From Bdellovibrionales bacterium (GTDB taxonomy: Bacteria; Myxococcota; XYA12-FULL-58-9; SYDY01), in the NCBI GenBank assembly GCA_005801425.1, contig SYDY01000121.1:19722-83721 (forward strand): a stretch of 64,000 nt of DNA, given 5' to 3'. Positions 37,631 to 48,446 of this stretch are shown here, one piece after another (the stretch's first letter is position 1; each line of letters opens with the position of its first letter). A program made the position numbers and the translations under genes. Below the pieces are notes generated by a model, which was not told the origin of the DNA, ran no database searches, and saw nothing but the letters and a program-made list of their open reading frames with translations.

Positions 37631-39316
37631 ATGAATAAATTAAGTGCTGCGGGACGTTTATGGCGCGATGCGCCCACAGTGTCGCTCAAAGAACCCCGGC
37701 GATTTATTCGATTGCTTCTCGAACAGCGCGGGCTTGTGGATGACACTTCACGAGAAATTTATCTTGCGCCCAGTTTAAGCCATATTCCCGATCCTGCGTT
37801 GATGGCGGATATGGATATCGCTGTCAAACGGATTATTTCTGCCATCAAAAGCCAAGAACACATCACGGTTTATGGGGACTACGATGTGGATGGTGTTTCT
37901 TCAGCGACCATTTTGGTGTCATTTCTTCGCAAACTTGGTGCCAAAGCAGATTTTTATATTCCTGACAGACGAACCGAAGGCTACGGACTCAATCTTGCAG
38001 CCGTGGAGCATATTGCTACACAAAGCCCACTGATGATCACGGTCGATTGCGGTATTACAAGTGTTGCTGAAGTGGCACGCGCCAATGAACTTGGTTGCAA
38101 CGTGATCATTGTTGACCATCATCAAGTTCCCGATCCCATGCCTGCGGCCATTGCATGTTTAAATCCACACAGGCCCGATTGCCGCTATCCATTCAAACCC
38201 CTCTGTGCGGCCGGTGTAGCCTTTATGCTCGCCATCGCGTTGCGGCGGACACTTCGGGAGCAAGGCTATTTTACGGTCTACAAAGAACCCGATGTTCGCG
38301 AATTATTGGACGTCGTCGCCCTTGCCACTGTGGCTGATATGGTACCACTTGAAGGTATCAATCGCATTTTGGTGCATGCGGGATTGCAACGCATGACCAC
38401 CCATCCCCGTGCTGGGATCTACGCGCTCATGAAAGTTGCAGGCATCGATCCTGAACAAATCAAAGCGAGCCATCTTGGGTTTCAATTGGGACCGCGTATC
38501 AATGCGCGTGGACGCTTGGAACACGCTGGGCAAGCCGTCGAATTGCTTCTTTCTGATGATAAATATTTGTCAGAGCACATTGCCCAAATGCTCGATCATG
38601 CCAATCGCGAACGCAGACGGATTGAATCCGAAACCGTTGAAATCGCCATGAAGCGTATTCAAGAAGAAGGCACATGGAAAAAAACATCGGGTCTCGTACT
38701 GTATGATCCCACATGGCATCCCGGTATTTTAGGACTTGTCGCAAGCCGCGTCATGCAAAAATACCACAGACCTACGATTGTGATCGGCGAAGGCGGCAAA
38801 GGATCGGGACGCAGTATTCCAGGCGTCGATCTCCATCATGCTATGCATGCTGGTTCTGCCCTTCTTGAAAAATTTGGTGGGCATAAAGCAGCTGCCGGAC
38901 TCACAATTATTGAAGAAAATATTGATGCCTTTCGAGCGTGTTTTCAACAGGACGTCATTGAGCAAATAGGCGAGCCTCCTTATACGCCTGAAATGATACC
39001 CGATCTCACGGTAAACACCTCAGAACTCAATCTCGGCGTGATCGAACACCTGCGCCAAATGGAACCCTTTGGGCATCACAATCCCGCACCGTTGTTTGTC
39101 GCCCATCATGTGCCCATCAAAGAAATGCGCATTGTGGGCGAAAAACATTTGAAGCTCCGCTTGGGCAATGAAAAACATGATGCGATCATGTTTAATCAAG
39201 CGCCTCTCATGCAAACCTTGGGATCCCATGCGGATATCGTTTTTGGCATCGAGGAAAATCATTACCGAGGAAACACCACGCTGCAATTGCGGGTGGAGGA
39301 TGTGCGAACGGCATAA
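37631..39316 (+). CDS. recJ: Single-stranded-DNA-specific exonuclease RecJ (DHH/DHHA1)
   Basis: HITVYGDYDVDGVSSATIL, TVDCGITS and IVDHHQ motifs. The first in-frame ATG at 37631 is used; the track start at 37595 is TTG. Confidence 0.9.
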   Translation: MNKLSAAGRLWRDAPTVSLKEPRRFIRLLLEQRGLVDDTSREIYLAPSLSHIPDPALMADMDIAVKRIISAIKSQEHITVYGDYDVDGVSSATILVSFLRKLGAKADFYIPDRRTEGYGLNLAAVEHIATQSPLMITVDCGITSVAEVARANELGCNVIIVDHHQVPDPMPAAIACLNPHRPDCRYPFKPLCAAGVAFMLAIALRRTLREQGYFTVYKEPDVRELLDVVALATVADMVPLEGINRILVHAGLQRMTTHPRAGIYALMKVAGIDPEQIKASHLGFQLGPRINARGRLEHAGQAVELLLSDDKYLSEHIAQMLDHANRERRRIESETVEIAMKRIQEEGTWKKTSGLVLYDPTWHPGILGLVASRVMQKYHRPTIVIGEGGKGSGRSIPGVDLHHAMHAGSALLEKFGGHKAAAGLTIIEENIDAFRACFQQDVIEQIGEPPYTPEMIPDLTVNTSELNLGVIEHLRQMEPFGHHNPAPLFVAHHVPIKEMRIVGEKHLKLRLGNEKHDAIMFNQAPLMQTLGSHADIVFGIEENHYRGNTTLQLRVEDVRTA

Positions 39317-40105
39317 TCAAGGCTGCATGCCGCTCAAACTAAAGCTCACACCTGCATAGGGAAGAACTTTCGGATCTTTTAAACCGAGAAGCAACGTATC
39401 GGCCCGCTTCTTTGAAATAAAATCAACCTGGGGTGCATTGAGTTTATCAAATACGTTGAGGACATTGCGTGTAAAACTTAAACGCCGCCAATTTTGAAAA
39501 TAAGCATAATACGGCAGGAACTTCACCGGTAACAAGTAAATGCTGTAAATAGGCAACACCATGCATGCCGCGATCACACGCGAAAGCTGCAAAAGCCATG
39601 AACGTGGTAAGAAGCGCAAAAATACTTTCCTTATAGGCTCAACGCCATAGCGCACCAGTGCATTACCCTCTTCCGAGTAAACCCACACGATCAAACGTCC
39701 ACCTGGTTTAAGGTGCCGTCTTAAGTTGTGGATAGTCGCTTCTGGACTGTCGGTATGGTGCACCACTCCGATGCTCATCACAATATCGAACTTACGACCA
39801 AGATCCATGGTTGCAATATCCGCCTGGACATAGGTCACATTACGAACATCTTTATTTCGTTGTTGCGCAATGGATACCGCATTGAGATCGACTGCTGTCA
39901 CATGCCGCGCAATGGGCGCAACAAAACCTGTATGCTGTCCAGAACCACATCCCGCATCCAGAACATCTTTGCCACGAAAGTCTTCCAAAACGAGTGGTTG
40001 GATCCAGTCCTTGAACAAAAATAATTCGCGATCCTCTAACATGGACCACTGCTCAAACCACTCCGATTGTTGCTTTTGTACTACACCCTGGGCATTTCCC
40101 ACCAT
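39317..40105 (-). CDS. Class I SAM-dependent methyltransferase (type 11)
   Basis: VLDAGCGSGQHT motif I and LKPGGRLIVW. ATG at 40105 is preceded by GGAGG with a 5-nt spacer. The track's longer start is likely wrong. Confidence 0.75.
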   Translation of the reverse strand: MVGNAQGVVQKQQSEWFEQWSMLEDRELFLFKDWIQPLVLEDFRGKDVLDAGCGSGQHTGFVAPIARHVTAVDLNAVSIAQQRNKDVRNVTYVQADIATMDLGRKFDIVMSIGVVHHTDSPEATIHNLRRHLKPGGRLIVWVYSEEGNALVRYGVEPIRKVFLRFLPRSWLLQLSRVIAACMVLPIYSIYLLPVKFLPYYAYFQNWRRLSFTRNVLNVFDKLNAPQVDFISKKRADTLLLGLKDPKVLPYAGVSFSLSGMQP

Positions 40106-40158
40106 GTGAACCTCCAAATAGAGCAACAAACGAACATAACAACCTTGGCGAGAGCAAA

Positions 40159-40722
40159 ATGTTGGCCTCGGACACGGATAATAGGAACCCCATGATCCAC
40201 ACAGAGCGGTTGGAACTACGATTATGGCATGATGACGATCTCGCTGCTTTTGCTGCACTCAACGCGGATCCAGAAGTCATGCGCTTCATGCCGAACATGC
40301 TTACGCGCGATCAAAGCGATGCCGTGCTTCAGCGATTTGAACAGCATCACATCCAATATGGCTATGGGGTGTGGGCAGCCACATTGCGATCCACTGGTGA
40401 ATGGATTGGTGCCGTGGGACTCAATCATCCTATGCTCGTCGCGCATTTCACGCCATGTGTTGAAGTATTATGGCGCATCGCACGCAAGCACTGGAACCAG
40501 GGTTACGCCACCGAAAGTGCCCAAGCTGTGTTGGACTTTGGATTTCACACATTGAAGCTGCAAGAAATCGTAGCGTATACAACCGTGCCCAACACACCAT
40601 CGCGACGCGTGATGGAAAAATTGGGGATGACCCACGATCCAGTCGATGATTTTCAGCATCCCAATTTGCCCGAAGATCATCCATTGAGAACGCATGTGTT
40701 ATATCGGGCAAAATGGGACTAA
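40159..40722 (+). CDS. GNAT family N-acetyltransferase (RimJ/RimL-like)
   Basis: IHTERLELRLWHDDDLAAFAAL ... motif A region RIARKHWNQGYATE. Confidence 0.8.
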   Translation: MLASDTDNRNPMIHTERLELRLWHDDDLAAFAALNADPEVMRFMPNMLTRDQSDAVLQRFEQHHIQYGYGVWAATLRSTGEWIGAVGLNHPMLVAHFTPCVEVLWRIARKHWNQGYATESAQAVLDFGFHTLKLQEIVAYTTVPNTPSRRVMEKLGMTHDPVDDFQHPNLPEDHPLRTHVLYRAKWD

Positions 40723-40770
40723 AAATCACGGTTGAACCCAAGTACGACTTTCGGCACAATCCTGCCCATG

Positions 40771-41970
40771 AATGCTCAAGAACATATTGATCTCATCAAC
40801 CATTTCAGTGCGCACAATTATCACCCCTACCCTGTCGTTTTGGCCGAAGGCGAAGGCGTTTGGGTCAAGGATGTTGAGGGCAAACGTTATCTCGATATGC
40901 TGGCGGCCTATTCAGCGGTCAATTTCGGACATCGACATCCCGCATTGATTGCAGCTGCCAAAGCACAACTTGATAAAATAACACTCACAAGCCGTGCGTT
41001 TCATAATGACCAATTGGGTCCATTTTGTCGCGATCTCGCACAATTGTGCGGCATGGAAACTGTGCTTCCCATGAACACTGGAGCCGAAGGCGTGGAAACC
41101 GCCATCAAGCTTGCACGCAAATGGGGCTATGAGAAAAAAGGTGTTCCCGGCAATGAGGCAGTGATTTTGGTCTGTGATGGCAATTTTCACGGACGCACCA
41201 TCACCATCGTAAGCTTCAGCACCGATGATCAGGCACGCGGGGGATTTGGACCTTATACCCCTGGCTTTAAAGTCATCCCTTACGGTGATGCCGATGCCCT
41301 CGAAGCTGCAATCACCGATCGCGTCGTTGGATTTTTGTTTGAACCTGTCCAAGGCGAAGCGGGCGTTGTGTTCCCACAAGATGGCTACATCAAAAAAGTG
41401 CGCGAGATCTGTACACGCAAAAACGTGCTGATGATCGCCGATGAGATCCAATCAGGTCTTGGGCGCACAGGAAAAACGTTTGCCTGCGATCATGAAAACG
41501 TAAAACCCGATGTATACATTTTGGGCAAAGCGCTGGGCGGTGGGATCATGCCTATTTCGGCTGTAGTCTCATCCCATGATATTTTTAGCGTCATACGTCC
41601 TGGCGATCATGGCAGTACGTTTGGTGGTAATCCACTGGCAACCGCGATTGCACGCGAAGTGATCAGATTGCTTAGAACCGGCGAATTTCAAACCAATGCC
41701 ACAAAACTGGGCAAAGTACTCTTTGACGAACTGACAGCAGCACGTTTGCCTGCGGTCAAAGAAATCAGATCCCGTGGCTTATGGGCAGGTATCGTGGTGG
41801 ACACCAAGTTCGGCAATGGACGCCATTTTGGTGAAAAACTCATGGCCAATGGGCTTTTATGCAAAGAAACCCACGAGAATACGATCCGATTGGCACCCCC
41901 GCTTTGTATCAGTGAAAGTGACTTGGGCTTCGCGCTTGAGCGGTTGAAGAAGGTTTTGAACCCCAATTAA
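40771..41970 (+). CDS. rocD: Ornithine--oxo-acid aminotransferase
   Basis: Class III aminotransferase with the OAT-type N-terminus HNYHPYPVVLAEGEGVWVKDVEGKRYLDMLAAYSAVNFGHRHP and the GKALGGG PLP lysine region. Confidence 0.8.
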   Translation, partial: NAQEHIDLINHFSAHNYHPYPVVLAEGEGVWVKDVEGKRYLDMLAAYSAVNFGHRHPALIAAAKAQLDKITLTSRAFHNDQLGPFCRDLAQLCGMETVLPMNTGAEGVETAIKLARKWGYEKKGVPGNEAVILVCDGNFHGRTITIVSFSTDDQARGGFGPYTPGFKVIPYGDADALEAAITDRVVGFLFEPVQGEAGVVFPQDGYIKKVREICTRKNVLMIADEIQSGLGRTGKTFACDHENVKPDVYILGKALGGGIMPISAVVSSHDIFSVIRPGDHGSTFGGNPLATAIAREVIRLLRTGEFQTNATKLGKVLFDELTAARLPAVKEIRSRGLWAGIVVDTKFGNGRHFGEKLMANGLLCKETHENTIRLAPPLCISESDLGFALERLKKVLNPN

Positions 41971-41974
41971 CACA

Positions 41975-42005
41975 GGGCGGTTCACGAACCGCCCCTACAG
42001 AGAAC
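41975..42005 (+). repeat. REP-like element copy B (GGGCGGTTCACGAACCGCCC + CTACAGAGAAC) between convergent rocD and argF
   Basis: Seen directly. Confidence 0.85.
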
Positions 42006-42022
42006 AAGAAACCGATCCAAAT

Positions 42023-42940
42023 TCAACGATTTTCTAGCAAAAATGTCATGAGTGCCTTTTGCGCATGCAGACGATTTTCTGCTTGATCAAAAACACGCGA
42101 TTGCGGGCCATCTATCACTTCAGCGGACACTTCTTCGCCGCGATGTGCAGGCAAACAATGCAAGAATATGGCATCGGGCTTCGCACGTTTCATCAAACGT
42201 CCATCCACTTGGAAACCGGAAAAATCACGCACGCGTTTGGCTTGCTCTTCTTCTTGTCCCATAGAAGCCCAAACGTCGGTATACACCACATCGGCACCTT
42301 CAACGGCACCCAAATCATGACATACTTCAATTTTAGCACCCGAAGCCTTTGCGGCTGTCTGGGCCTCACGCACAATTTCATCTTTGGGCGCGTATTCTCG
42401 GGGCGTAATGATCCGCACATTCACGCCTGCCAATGCGCCGCCGAGCATCATGGAATGGGCCATATTGTTGCCATCGCCCACATACACCAATGTTTGTCCG
42501 GCCAAGGTCCCACGGTTTTCTTTGATGGTCTGCAAATCTGCCAAGATCTGACACGGATGCAATAAATCATCCAAACCGTTGATCACGGGCACGCGCGACG
42601 CCGAGGCCAATCCTTGAACCTCTTCATGCTTGTAGGTTCGGATCATCAAAATATCGAGATAGCGCGACAATACTTTGGCAGTATCCGTAATCGGTTCACC
42701 ACGACCAATCTGAATGTCACGGGAGGACAAAAAGATGGCCTGTCCGCCCATTTGAATGGCGCCAGCTTCAAAAGATACCCGTGTGCGTGTCGAACTCTTC
42801 TGGAAAATCATACCGAGCACTTTGCCGCGCATGGCTTGGGCATAGGCTTCGGGGCGTTGCTTCATGTGCGCAGCACGGTCGAGCACCAATGTTTGTTCTG
42901 CGGCTGAAAGATCGAGATCACGGAGAAAATGTCGTGTCAT
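42023..42940 (-). CDS. argF: Ornithine carbamoyltransferase
   Basis: STRTRVSFE carbamoyl-phosphate motif and HCLPAHRGEEV ornithine-binding motif. Confidence 0.9.
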   Translation of the reverse strand: MTRHFLRDLDLSAAEQTLVLDRAAHMKQRPEAYAQAMRGKVLGMIFQKSSTRTRVSFEAGAIQMGGQAIFLSSRDIQIGRGEPITDTAKVLSRYLDILMIRTYKHEEVQGLASASRVPVINGLDDLLHPCQILADLQTIKENRGTLAGQTLVYVGDGNNMAHSMMLGGALAGVNVRIITPREYAPKDEIVREAQTAAKASGAKIEVCHDLGAVEGADVVYTDVWASMGQEEEQAKRVRDFSGFQVDGRLMKRAKPDAIFLHCLPAHRGEEVSAEVIDGPQSRVFDQAENRLHAQKALMTFLLENR

Positions 42941-43019
42941 GGGTGGATGATATAACCAACCCATCACCCCGTTACAAGAAGAGCAAAACTATGATAAATC
43001 ATGTGCATAATAACTTCAC

Positions 43020-43051
43020 GGGCGATTCACGAATCGCCCCTACAAGAAAAC
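43020..43051 (+). repeat. REP-like element copy C (GGGCGATTCACGAATCGCCC + CTACAAGAAAAC) between argF and thiI
   Basis: Seen directly. Compensatory G-to-A and C-to-T changes in the stem preserve pairing. Confidence 0.85.
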
Positions 43052-43052
43052 A

Positions 43053-44237
43053 ATGAGACCACCCGTGAACCATGACCATTGCACTGTTCTTTTGCATTAC
43101 GGCGAATTGGCGCTTAAAGGCAGAAACAAACACCGATTTATTCGGCAATTGTTGCTCAATCTTCGGGACAACTTTCCCGCAAACGATATTGCCAAGATTG
43201 AACGCTTAGAAGGCCGTGCGATGGTCAAATTTAGCCGGCCATGGGACGATGAGCTCCATACACGTTTGCAATGTGTCTATGGGTTTGCCGATTATTCACC
43301 CGCTCACGTCTGCGCGCCCACGCTTGATGCCCTCAAATCAACCGCCTGCGATGTAGCATCCAAACTTTCTTATGAGAGCATGCGGGTTACAGCACGTCGA
43401 GGCGTCAAAAAGTTCCCATACGACAGCATGGAGATCCAACGCGTTGTGGGATCTGCATTGATGGATCTACGTCCTGTTCCCGTCAAAATGAAACATGCGG
43501 ATCTCAACGTACGCATTGAAGTCATGGAAGATCGTGCGTTTGTGTTTGCCGAAAAGATAAAAGCCGCAGGTGGACTTCCCGTTGGAAGCAGTGGACGTGT
43601 GCTTGCGCTGCTTTCGGGCGGCATTGATTCACCGGTTGCAGCCGCACGCATGCAGCGACGTGGATGTCAGGTGGTGTTTTTACACTTCCATAGCCAACCC
43701 TATCAATCAAGCGCAGGACGCGACAAAGCCATGGCGTTGGCACAGCATTTGGCGCGTTATCAAGTACATACCAAAATAATTCTCGCACCCCTCGGCGATT
43801 TACAGCGCGAGATCATTACCCATTGTCCACACAAATTGGTCGTTGTGCTTTATCGGCGTTTTATGTTTCGGATCGCCGAACGACTTGCCAAACAAAATCG
43901 TTGCAAAGCATTGATCACAGGCGAAAGTCTTGGTCAAGTTGCGTCACAAACATTGACCAATATTCAAACCATTAATGAAGCCATATCACTTCCTGTGTTG
44001 CGTCCATTGATTGGATTTGACAAACTTGAAATCATCAATCAAGCCATTCAATTGGGCACCTATGACACCTCGATACAACCCGATCAGGATTGCTGTCAGC
44101 TATTCATGCCCACATCACCTGAAACCCACGCCTCCATTGATGAGATCATGGAAGCCGAATCAGCGCTTAATATCAAAGTATTGTGTGATGATGTGATCAA
44201 GCGCACAGAATTACTTTCTGTGGAGGCATGTTGGTGA
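43053..44237 (+). CDS. thiI: tRNA uracil 4-sulfurtransferase ThiI (short form, no rhodanese domain)
   Basis: THUMP region LHYGELALKGRNK and the PP-loop LALLSGGIDSPVAAARM. Confidence 0.85.
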   Translation: MRPPVNHDHCTVLLHYGELALKGRNKHRFIRQLLLNLRDNFPANDIAKIERLEGRAMVKFSRPWDDELHTRLQCVYGFADYSPAHVCAPTLDALKSTACDVASKLSYESMRVTARRGVKKFPYDSMEIQRVVGSALMDLRPVPVKMKHADLNVRIEVMEDRAFVFAEKIKAAGGLPVGSSGRVLALLSGGIDSPVAAARMQRRGCQVVFLHFHSQPYQSSAGRDKAMALAQHLARYQVHTKIILAPLGDLQREIITHCPHKLVVVLYRRFMFRIAERLAKQNRCKALITGESLGQVASQTLTNIQTINEAISLPVLRPLIGFDKLEIINQAIQLGTYDTSIQPDQDCCQLFMPTSPETHASIDEIMEAESALNIKVLCDDVIKRTELLSVEACW

Positions 44238-45508
44238 CGCTCTTTTCTGCTGCCTATGATCGAACATTTCGTGGACCGTTGGCTGAACGCATGCGACCCA
44301 AATCGCTCGCCGATTATGTGGGCCAAGATCACATTGCGGGCAAAAGCAGCATGCTCATACGGATGCTCCAACGAGGACATTTGCCTTCGATGATCTTGTG
44401 GGGTCCCCCAGGAAGCGGAAAAACAACGCTGGCACAATGTTTGGCCGCCGATTTTAAAGCGATATTTGAATCGGTTTCTGCCGTACTAGCAGGCGTCAAA
44501 GAACTTCGTGAAGTCATCGAACGTGCCGGGCAACGTCGTGCGCAACGTGCAGAGCGAACATTGCTTTTTGTTGATGAAATTCATCGATTCAACAAAGCCC
44601 AACAAGATGCTTTGTTGCCCTATGTGGAATCGGGTCTTTTAACACTGATTGGTGCAACCACAGAAAACCCTTCGTTTGAAGTCAACAGTGCCTTGCTCTC
44701 GCGCTGTCGTGTTCTCGTGTTGAAACCACTGACCGGTGAGCAGCTGATCACCATTTTAAAACATGCATTGACTGATCGTGATCGCGGTTTAGGTGCTCTA
44801 CGATTAAATGCAGACAAAGCCACACTCGCTGCCATGGCCGCCGCAGCCCACGGTGATGCGCGACGTGCACTCACCACGCTTGAAATATCTGCCGATCTCG
44901 TTGACGATGGTGGGACGATTACACCCGCAGAAGTTGAACAAGCCATTCAAGATCGAACCATTCGCTATGACAAAGCGGGAGAAGAGCACTACAACGTCGT
45001 AAGTGCATTCATCAAAAGCATGCGTGGGTCGGATGCAAATGCCTCTATCTATTGGATGACCCGCATGCTCGAAGCGGGCGAGCCACCTCGTTTTATTCTG
45101 CGACGCATGGTCATTTTTGCGAGCGAAGATATCGGCAATGCTGATCCGCGAGCGCTTGAGGTGGCAATCAACGCACATCGTGCCTATGAATTTGTGGGCC
45201 TTCCAGAGGCTGCGTTGGCCATGAGCCAAGCTGCCGCGTATTTGGCGCACGCACCAAAATCCAATGCATCCATCATGGCCTACGTGGCCGCACGCAAGGA
45301 TGTGAAGCAATTGGGTGCACTTCCTGTCCCCATGAAACTTCGCAATGCAACAACCGGTTTGATGGCACATTTAGGTTATGGTGAAAACTACAAATATCCG
45401 CACAACTTTGAAAATCATTATGTTGAAGAGACATATCTGCCGGATGAGTTGATTGGGCGGGAATATTACAAACGGGACCCCCGCATTCGCGAGGATGACA
45501 CGACCTAA
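44228..45508 (+). CDS. rarA: Replication-associated recombination protein A (AAA+ ATPase)
   Basis: LWGPPGSGKTTLAQ Walker A, LLFVDEIHRFNK Walker B, MgsA C-terminal domain. Confidence 0.9.
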   Translation: MLVTLFSAAYDRTFRGPLAERMRPKSLADYVGQDHIAGKSSMLIRMLQRGHLPSMILWGPPGSGKTTLAQCLAADFKAIFESVSAVLAGVKELREVIERAGQRRAQRAERTLLFVDEIHRFNKAQQDALLPYVESGLLTLIGATTENPSFEVNSALLSRCRVLVLKPLTGEQLITILKHALTDRDRGLGALRLNADKATLAAMAAAAHGDARRALTTLEISADLVDDGGTITPAEVEQAIQDRTIRYDKAGEEHYNVVSAFIKSMRGSDANASIYWMTRMLEAGEPPRFILRRMVIFASEDIGNADPRALEVAINAHRAYEFVGLPEAALAMSQAAAYLAHAPKSNASIMAYVAARKDVKQLGALPVPMKLRNATTGLMAHLGYGENYKYPHNFENHYVEETYLPDELIGREYYKRDPRIREDDTT

Positions 45509-46131
45509 TGCACCCTCGCCGTAATTCCCTGCTGCATCATGATCTCACCTTCTGTGAGCAATAATTCATCAAGACGTGCTGCAATGATTTCTGGGGATGC
45601 CTCTTTGCATGCAAGACGCACAAAAAGTCGATAATGCCCAGCTTCTGCACGAGCAAGCCGTGAATAAAATGTGCGAAGCGACGGATCTTCCAAGTATTCG
45701 CCCAGTAAAAACAGCCGTTCCCAAGAACGTGCTTCGACAATGCCAACAATCAGAAGCCAGTCGATCTTACGCGCACTGGGATGGCCTTGTCGCCGAAGTT
45801 TCATCAACGCAACCACGTAAGGATCACCCCGGTCTGAACCAAGCATGGCACCACGTGCATGAAGCAAATCAACAACCTGTTGAAAATGTCGCAATTCCTC
45901 TTGCGCCAATCGTGCCATAGCCAACAAAAGATCTGTGTCTTCAGGATATGAACTGATCAAAGAGATCGCAGTCGCGGCCGCCTTGCGTTCGCAATGGGCA
46001 TGATCTTGTAACAATGCAATGAGATCGCTTTTGGCAACATCAACCCATATTCTAGGGGTAGGAACTTTAAGGATCTGATGCGGATGTTGCATTTCGGCAT
46101 CGATACGTTCAAGGGAAATGGCGACGCTCAT
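45505..46131 (-). CDS. Putative tRNA-(ms2io6A37)-hydroxylase MiaE-like ferritin-fold diiron protein
   Basis: HCERKAAATAISLI and EELRHF ... EARSWERL ... EAGHYRLF fit two E..H diiron motifs of the MiaE family. Moderate confidence. Confidence 0.5.
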   Translation of the reverse strand: MSVAISLERIDAEMQHPHQILKVPTPRIWVDVAKSDLIALLQDHAHCERKAAATAISLISSYPEDTDLLLAMARLAQEELRHFQQVVDLLHARGAMLGSDRGDPYVVALMKLRRQGHPSARKIDWLLIVGIVEARSWERLFLLGEYLEDPSLRTFYSRLARAEAGHYRLFVRLACKEASPEIIAARLDELLLTEGEIMMQQGITARVH

Positions 46132-48446
46132 ATATCCGCACCTATTTCAATTTCAATGGCTTGAAATCCTGCATCGCGAATAGCGCGTGCCACAGAGGAA
46201 GTGCCTTCTGGGCACACGGCGATCATCGATCCTCCACCCCCACCGCCGGTAAGTTTCGCACCTGTTGCACCGTGATTGCGCGCAAGATCAACAAGCATTT
46301 CAAGTTCAGGACAGGAAACCTGCAATGCATTCAAAAGGCCATGGTTAAGATTGAATAACAAACCCAGTTCTTGCCAATCGCCTTTTTTGAGTGCTTCAGC
46401 ACCCGCAAGAACCAAAGTATCAATGTCCTGGAAAATGCGTTGATACAAATGAGGAGACGCATCAAAACCTGCACGCACGCGTGCCACCATTTTTGCGGTC
46501 AGGCTTTGAACGCCCGTCATACCGATCACCAATGGTAAAGGCTCCCCAAGTGCAATATTTGTGATGATAGGAGCTTCACCTTTTTGAAACATCATCAAAC
46601 GGCCATAGGTGGCCATGGTGTTATCAATCCCCGATGCCGTGCCATGGGCGATGGTTTCCGACGCATAGGCCAAGGCATTGACGCGTTCATTTGAAAGACC
46701 TAGCGCAAAATACGTATCCAATGCGCGTACAACAGCAACAGCCAAGGCAGCTGAGCTACCAAGCCCTGCGGCACGTGGAATTTGTGGATCGATACGGATA
46801 ATCATATCGCGATCATTCAAACCAAGATCATCCAAAATGACCGAAAGACAATCTTCCAAAGAGCTTGCATTGGCTTGCTTTCGGACCACACGTTCGACAC
46901 CCCAGGTTGGGATCACAAGTCGTATGCCGGGTGTATCAGAAGCAAGAACGCGCGCACCCACGGCCAATGGAACAGGCGCTGCAATCGCATGGGTTCCATA
47001 CACCACCGCATGTTCACCAAGTAAAATCACTTTGCCCGCACCCGTACATTCGGGTGAAAAAGCAACCTGCGGCTCAGTATCGTACGTCGTAAGTTCGCGG
47101 ATAATTTCTTGGGCCTTCCACATTTTAACTTCACCACTGGCCACCAAGGATTTTACCACCTGTTCAAAAATAGCCGATGAAGCCCCTGCGGACGCCGCCA
47201 CACTGCGTGCATGCAAATTCATATGGCCACGCTGGATCCCATCGGTGACCAAGGCACGAAGTGCCGAAAAATTTTGTGCAAGTCCTGCTGCAACCATCAC
47301 TTCAGAGAGTTGCGCTGCGGAGGGTGTCCCCAAAATACGATGGGCAAGCGCTACCATGGGATTAGACTGTAAATTACCGCCCACAACACCCACTTTGATG
47401 GGCATTTTCAGACGGCCACGTAAATTGCCTTCGGCATCTTTCCACCATTGTGTAAGCGACGTGTAAGATCCGGTACGTGCAGCATAAGCATGAGCGCCTG
47501 CTTCCATGGAACGCCAATCGTTGCCTGTCGCGATGGCAACGGCATCAATGCCATTCATAATCCCTTTGTTGTGTGTTGCGGCTCTGTACGGATCGACCGC
47601 CGCAAAATCATTGGCCAGGATCACGCCATCACATACTTCTTCGCCGCTGTAGCCTTTGCCCTCAAGACTCCTCAATGAAAACACCACTTCAGCGCATGCA
47701 AGCGCGCGATCGGCGAGATTTGATAAGATCCGAAGAAAAGCTTTTCCACCAGTCAGTTCTTCCAAGAGCGGCGCCACTTCTTCACACATACTATTCACCA
47801 TATTGGCGCCCATGGCATCGCACGTATTCACCACCAGATGTATTACAAGCATTTCGGCTTTGGTGGTCGGTGCACGATGACGAACCACTTCGACATCAAG
47901 CGCCCCACCACCGCGGGCGACCATCCGAGGATGCAAGCTGTTGGCAAGCTCAAGGATCGTTTGACGTGCCGCCATCACCGCTTGGCGTGCTTTTGTAATG
48001 GATGGAACTTGGGTAATTTGCACTTGTCCCAAAAGAACAGATTCTGCTGGAATACAACGAAAGCCACCACCAGCACGTGCTGCTAACGCAGCAGAACTGA
48101 TGGCCGCAATGATCGACGGTTCTTCAACCACCATAGGAATAATGCGTTCTACATCGTTGATCACAAAATTAAGGCCCAAGCCCATCGGTAAGCCAAAAAC
48201 ACCGATGACGTTTTCAACCATTTTATCGGCATCGCGATCGGTCAAACGAAATCGTCCCGCCAACAATGCATCGCGATCGGTCGCGCTTAAAATATTTTTT
48301 TCAACAAGAATGCGAAGGCGATCCTGTCCTGAAAGTCTGTAAAATCCTGAAAGACGCGAGGTTACCACATCATGCTCCTGCAACAACCGAAACACCTGCT
48401 TGGGCCTTATGGAGATCCAAATCGACAAGATGATTTTCTTGGGCAA
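46128..48446 (-). CDS. Fused class II HMG-CoA reductase / mevalonate kinase
   Basis: The N-terminal ~430 aa have ENVIGVFGLPMGL, DAMGANMVN, TGNDWR and GIQRGHMNLHAR (class II HMGR). After a short linker (TYDTEPQVAFSPEC) the GHMP kinase begins: TGAGKVILLGEHAVVYG, PRAAGLGSSAA, KLTGGGGGGS. No stop separates the two halves. The track start at 48446 is TTG and overlaps the upstream PMK gene by 77 nt, so the true start is probably internal. Confidence 0.8.
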   Translation of the reverse strand: MPKKIILSIWISIRPKQVFRLLQEHDVVTSRLSGFYRLSGQDRLRILVEKNILSATDRDALLAGRFRLTDRDADKMVENVIGVFGLPMGLGLNFVINDVERIIPMVVEEPSIIAAISSAALAARAGGGFRCIPAESVLLGQVQITQVPSITKARQAVMAARQTILELANSLHPRMVARGGGALDVEVVRHRAPTTKAEMLVIHLVVNTCDAMGANMVNSMCEEVAPLLEELTGGKAFLRILSNLADRALACAEVVFSLRSLEGKGYSGEEVCDGVILANDFAAVDPYRAATHNKGIMNGIDAVAIATGNDWRSMEAGAHAYAARTGSYTSLTQWWKDAEGNLRGRLKMPIKVGVVGGNLQSNPMVALAHRILGTPSAAQLSEVMVAAGLAQNFSALRALVTDGIQRGHMNLHARSVAASAGASSAIFEQVVKSLVASGEVKMWKAQEIIRELTTYDTEPQVAFSPECTGAGKVILLGEHAVVYGTHAIAAPVPLAVGARVLASDTPGIRLVIPTWGVERVVRKQANASSLEDCLSVILDDLGLNDRDMIIRIDPQIPRAAGLGSSAALAVAVVRALDTYFALGLSNERVNALAYASETIAHGTASGIDNTMATYGRLMMFQKGEAPIITNIALGEPLPLVIGMTGVQSLTAKMVARVRAGFDASPHLYQRIFQDIDTLVLAGAEALKKGDWQELGLLFNLNHGLLNALQVSCPELEMLVDLARNHGATGAKLTGGGGGGSMIAVCPEGTSSVARAIRDAGFQAIEIEIGADI

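Noticed and set aside
46678-47466. 262-aa plus-strand ORF
   Set aside because: Antisense to the HMG-CoA reductase domain, typical of the long spurious ORFs produced by GC-rich antisense strands.
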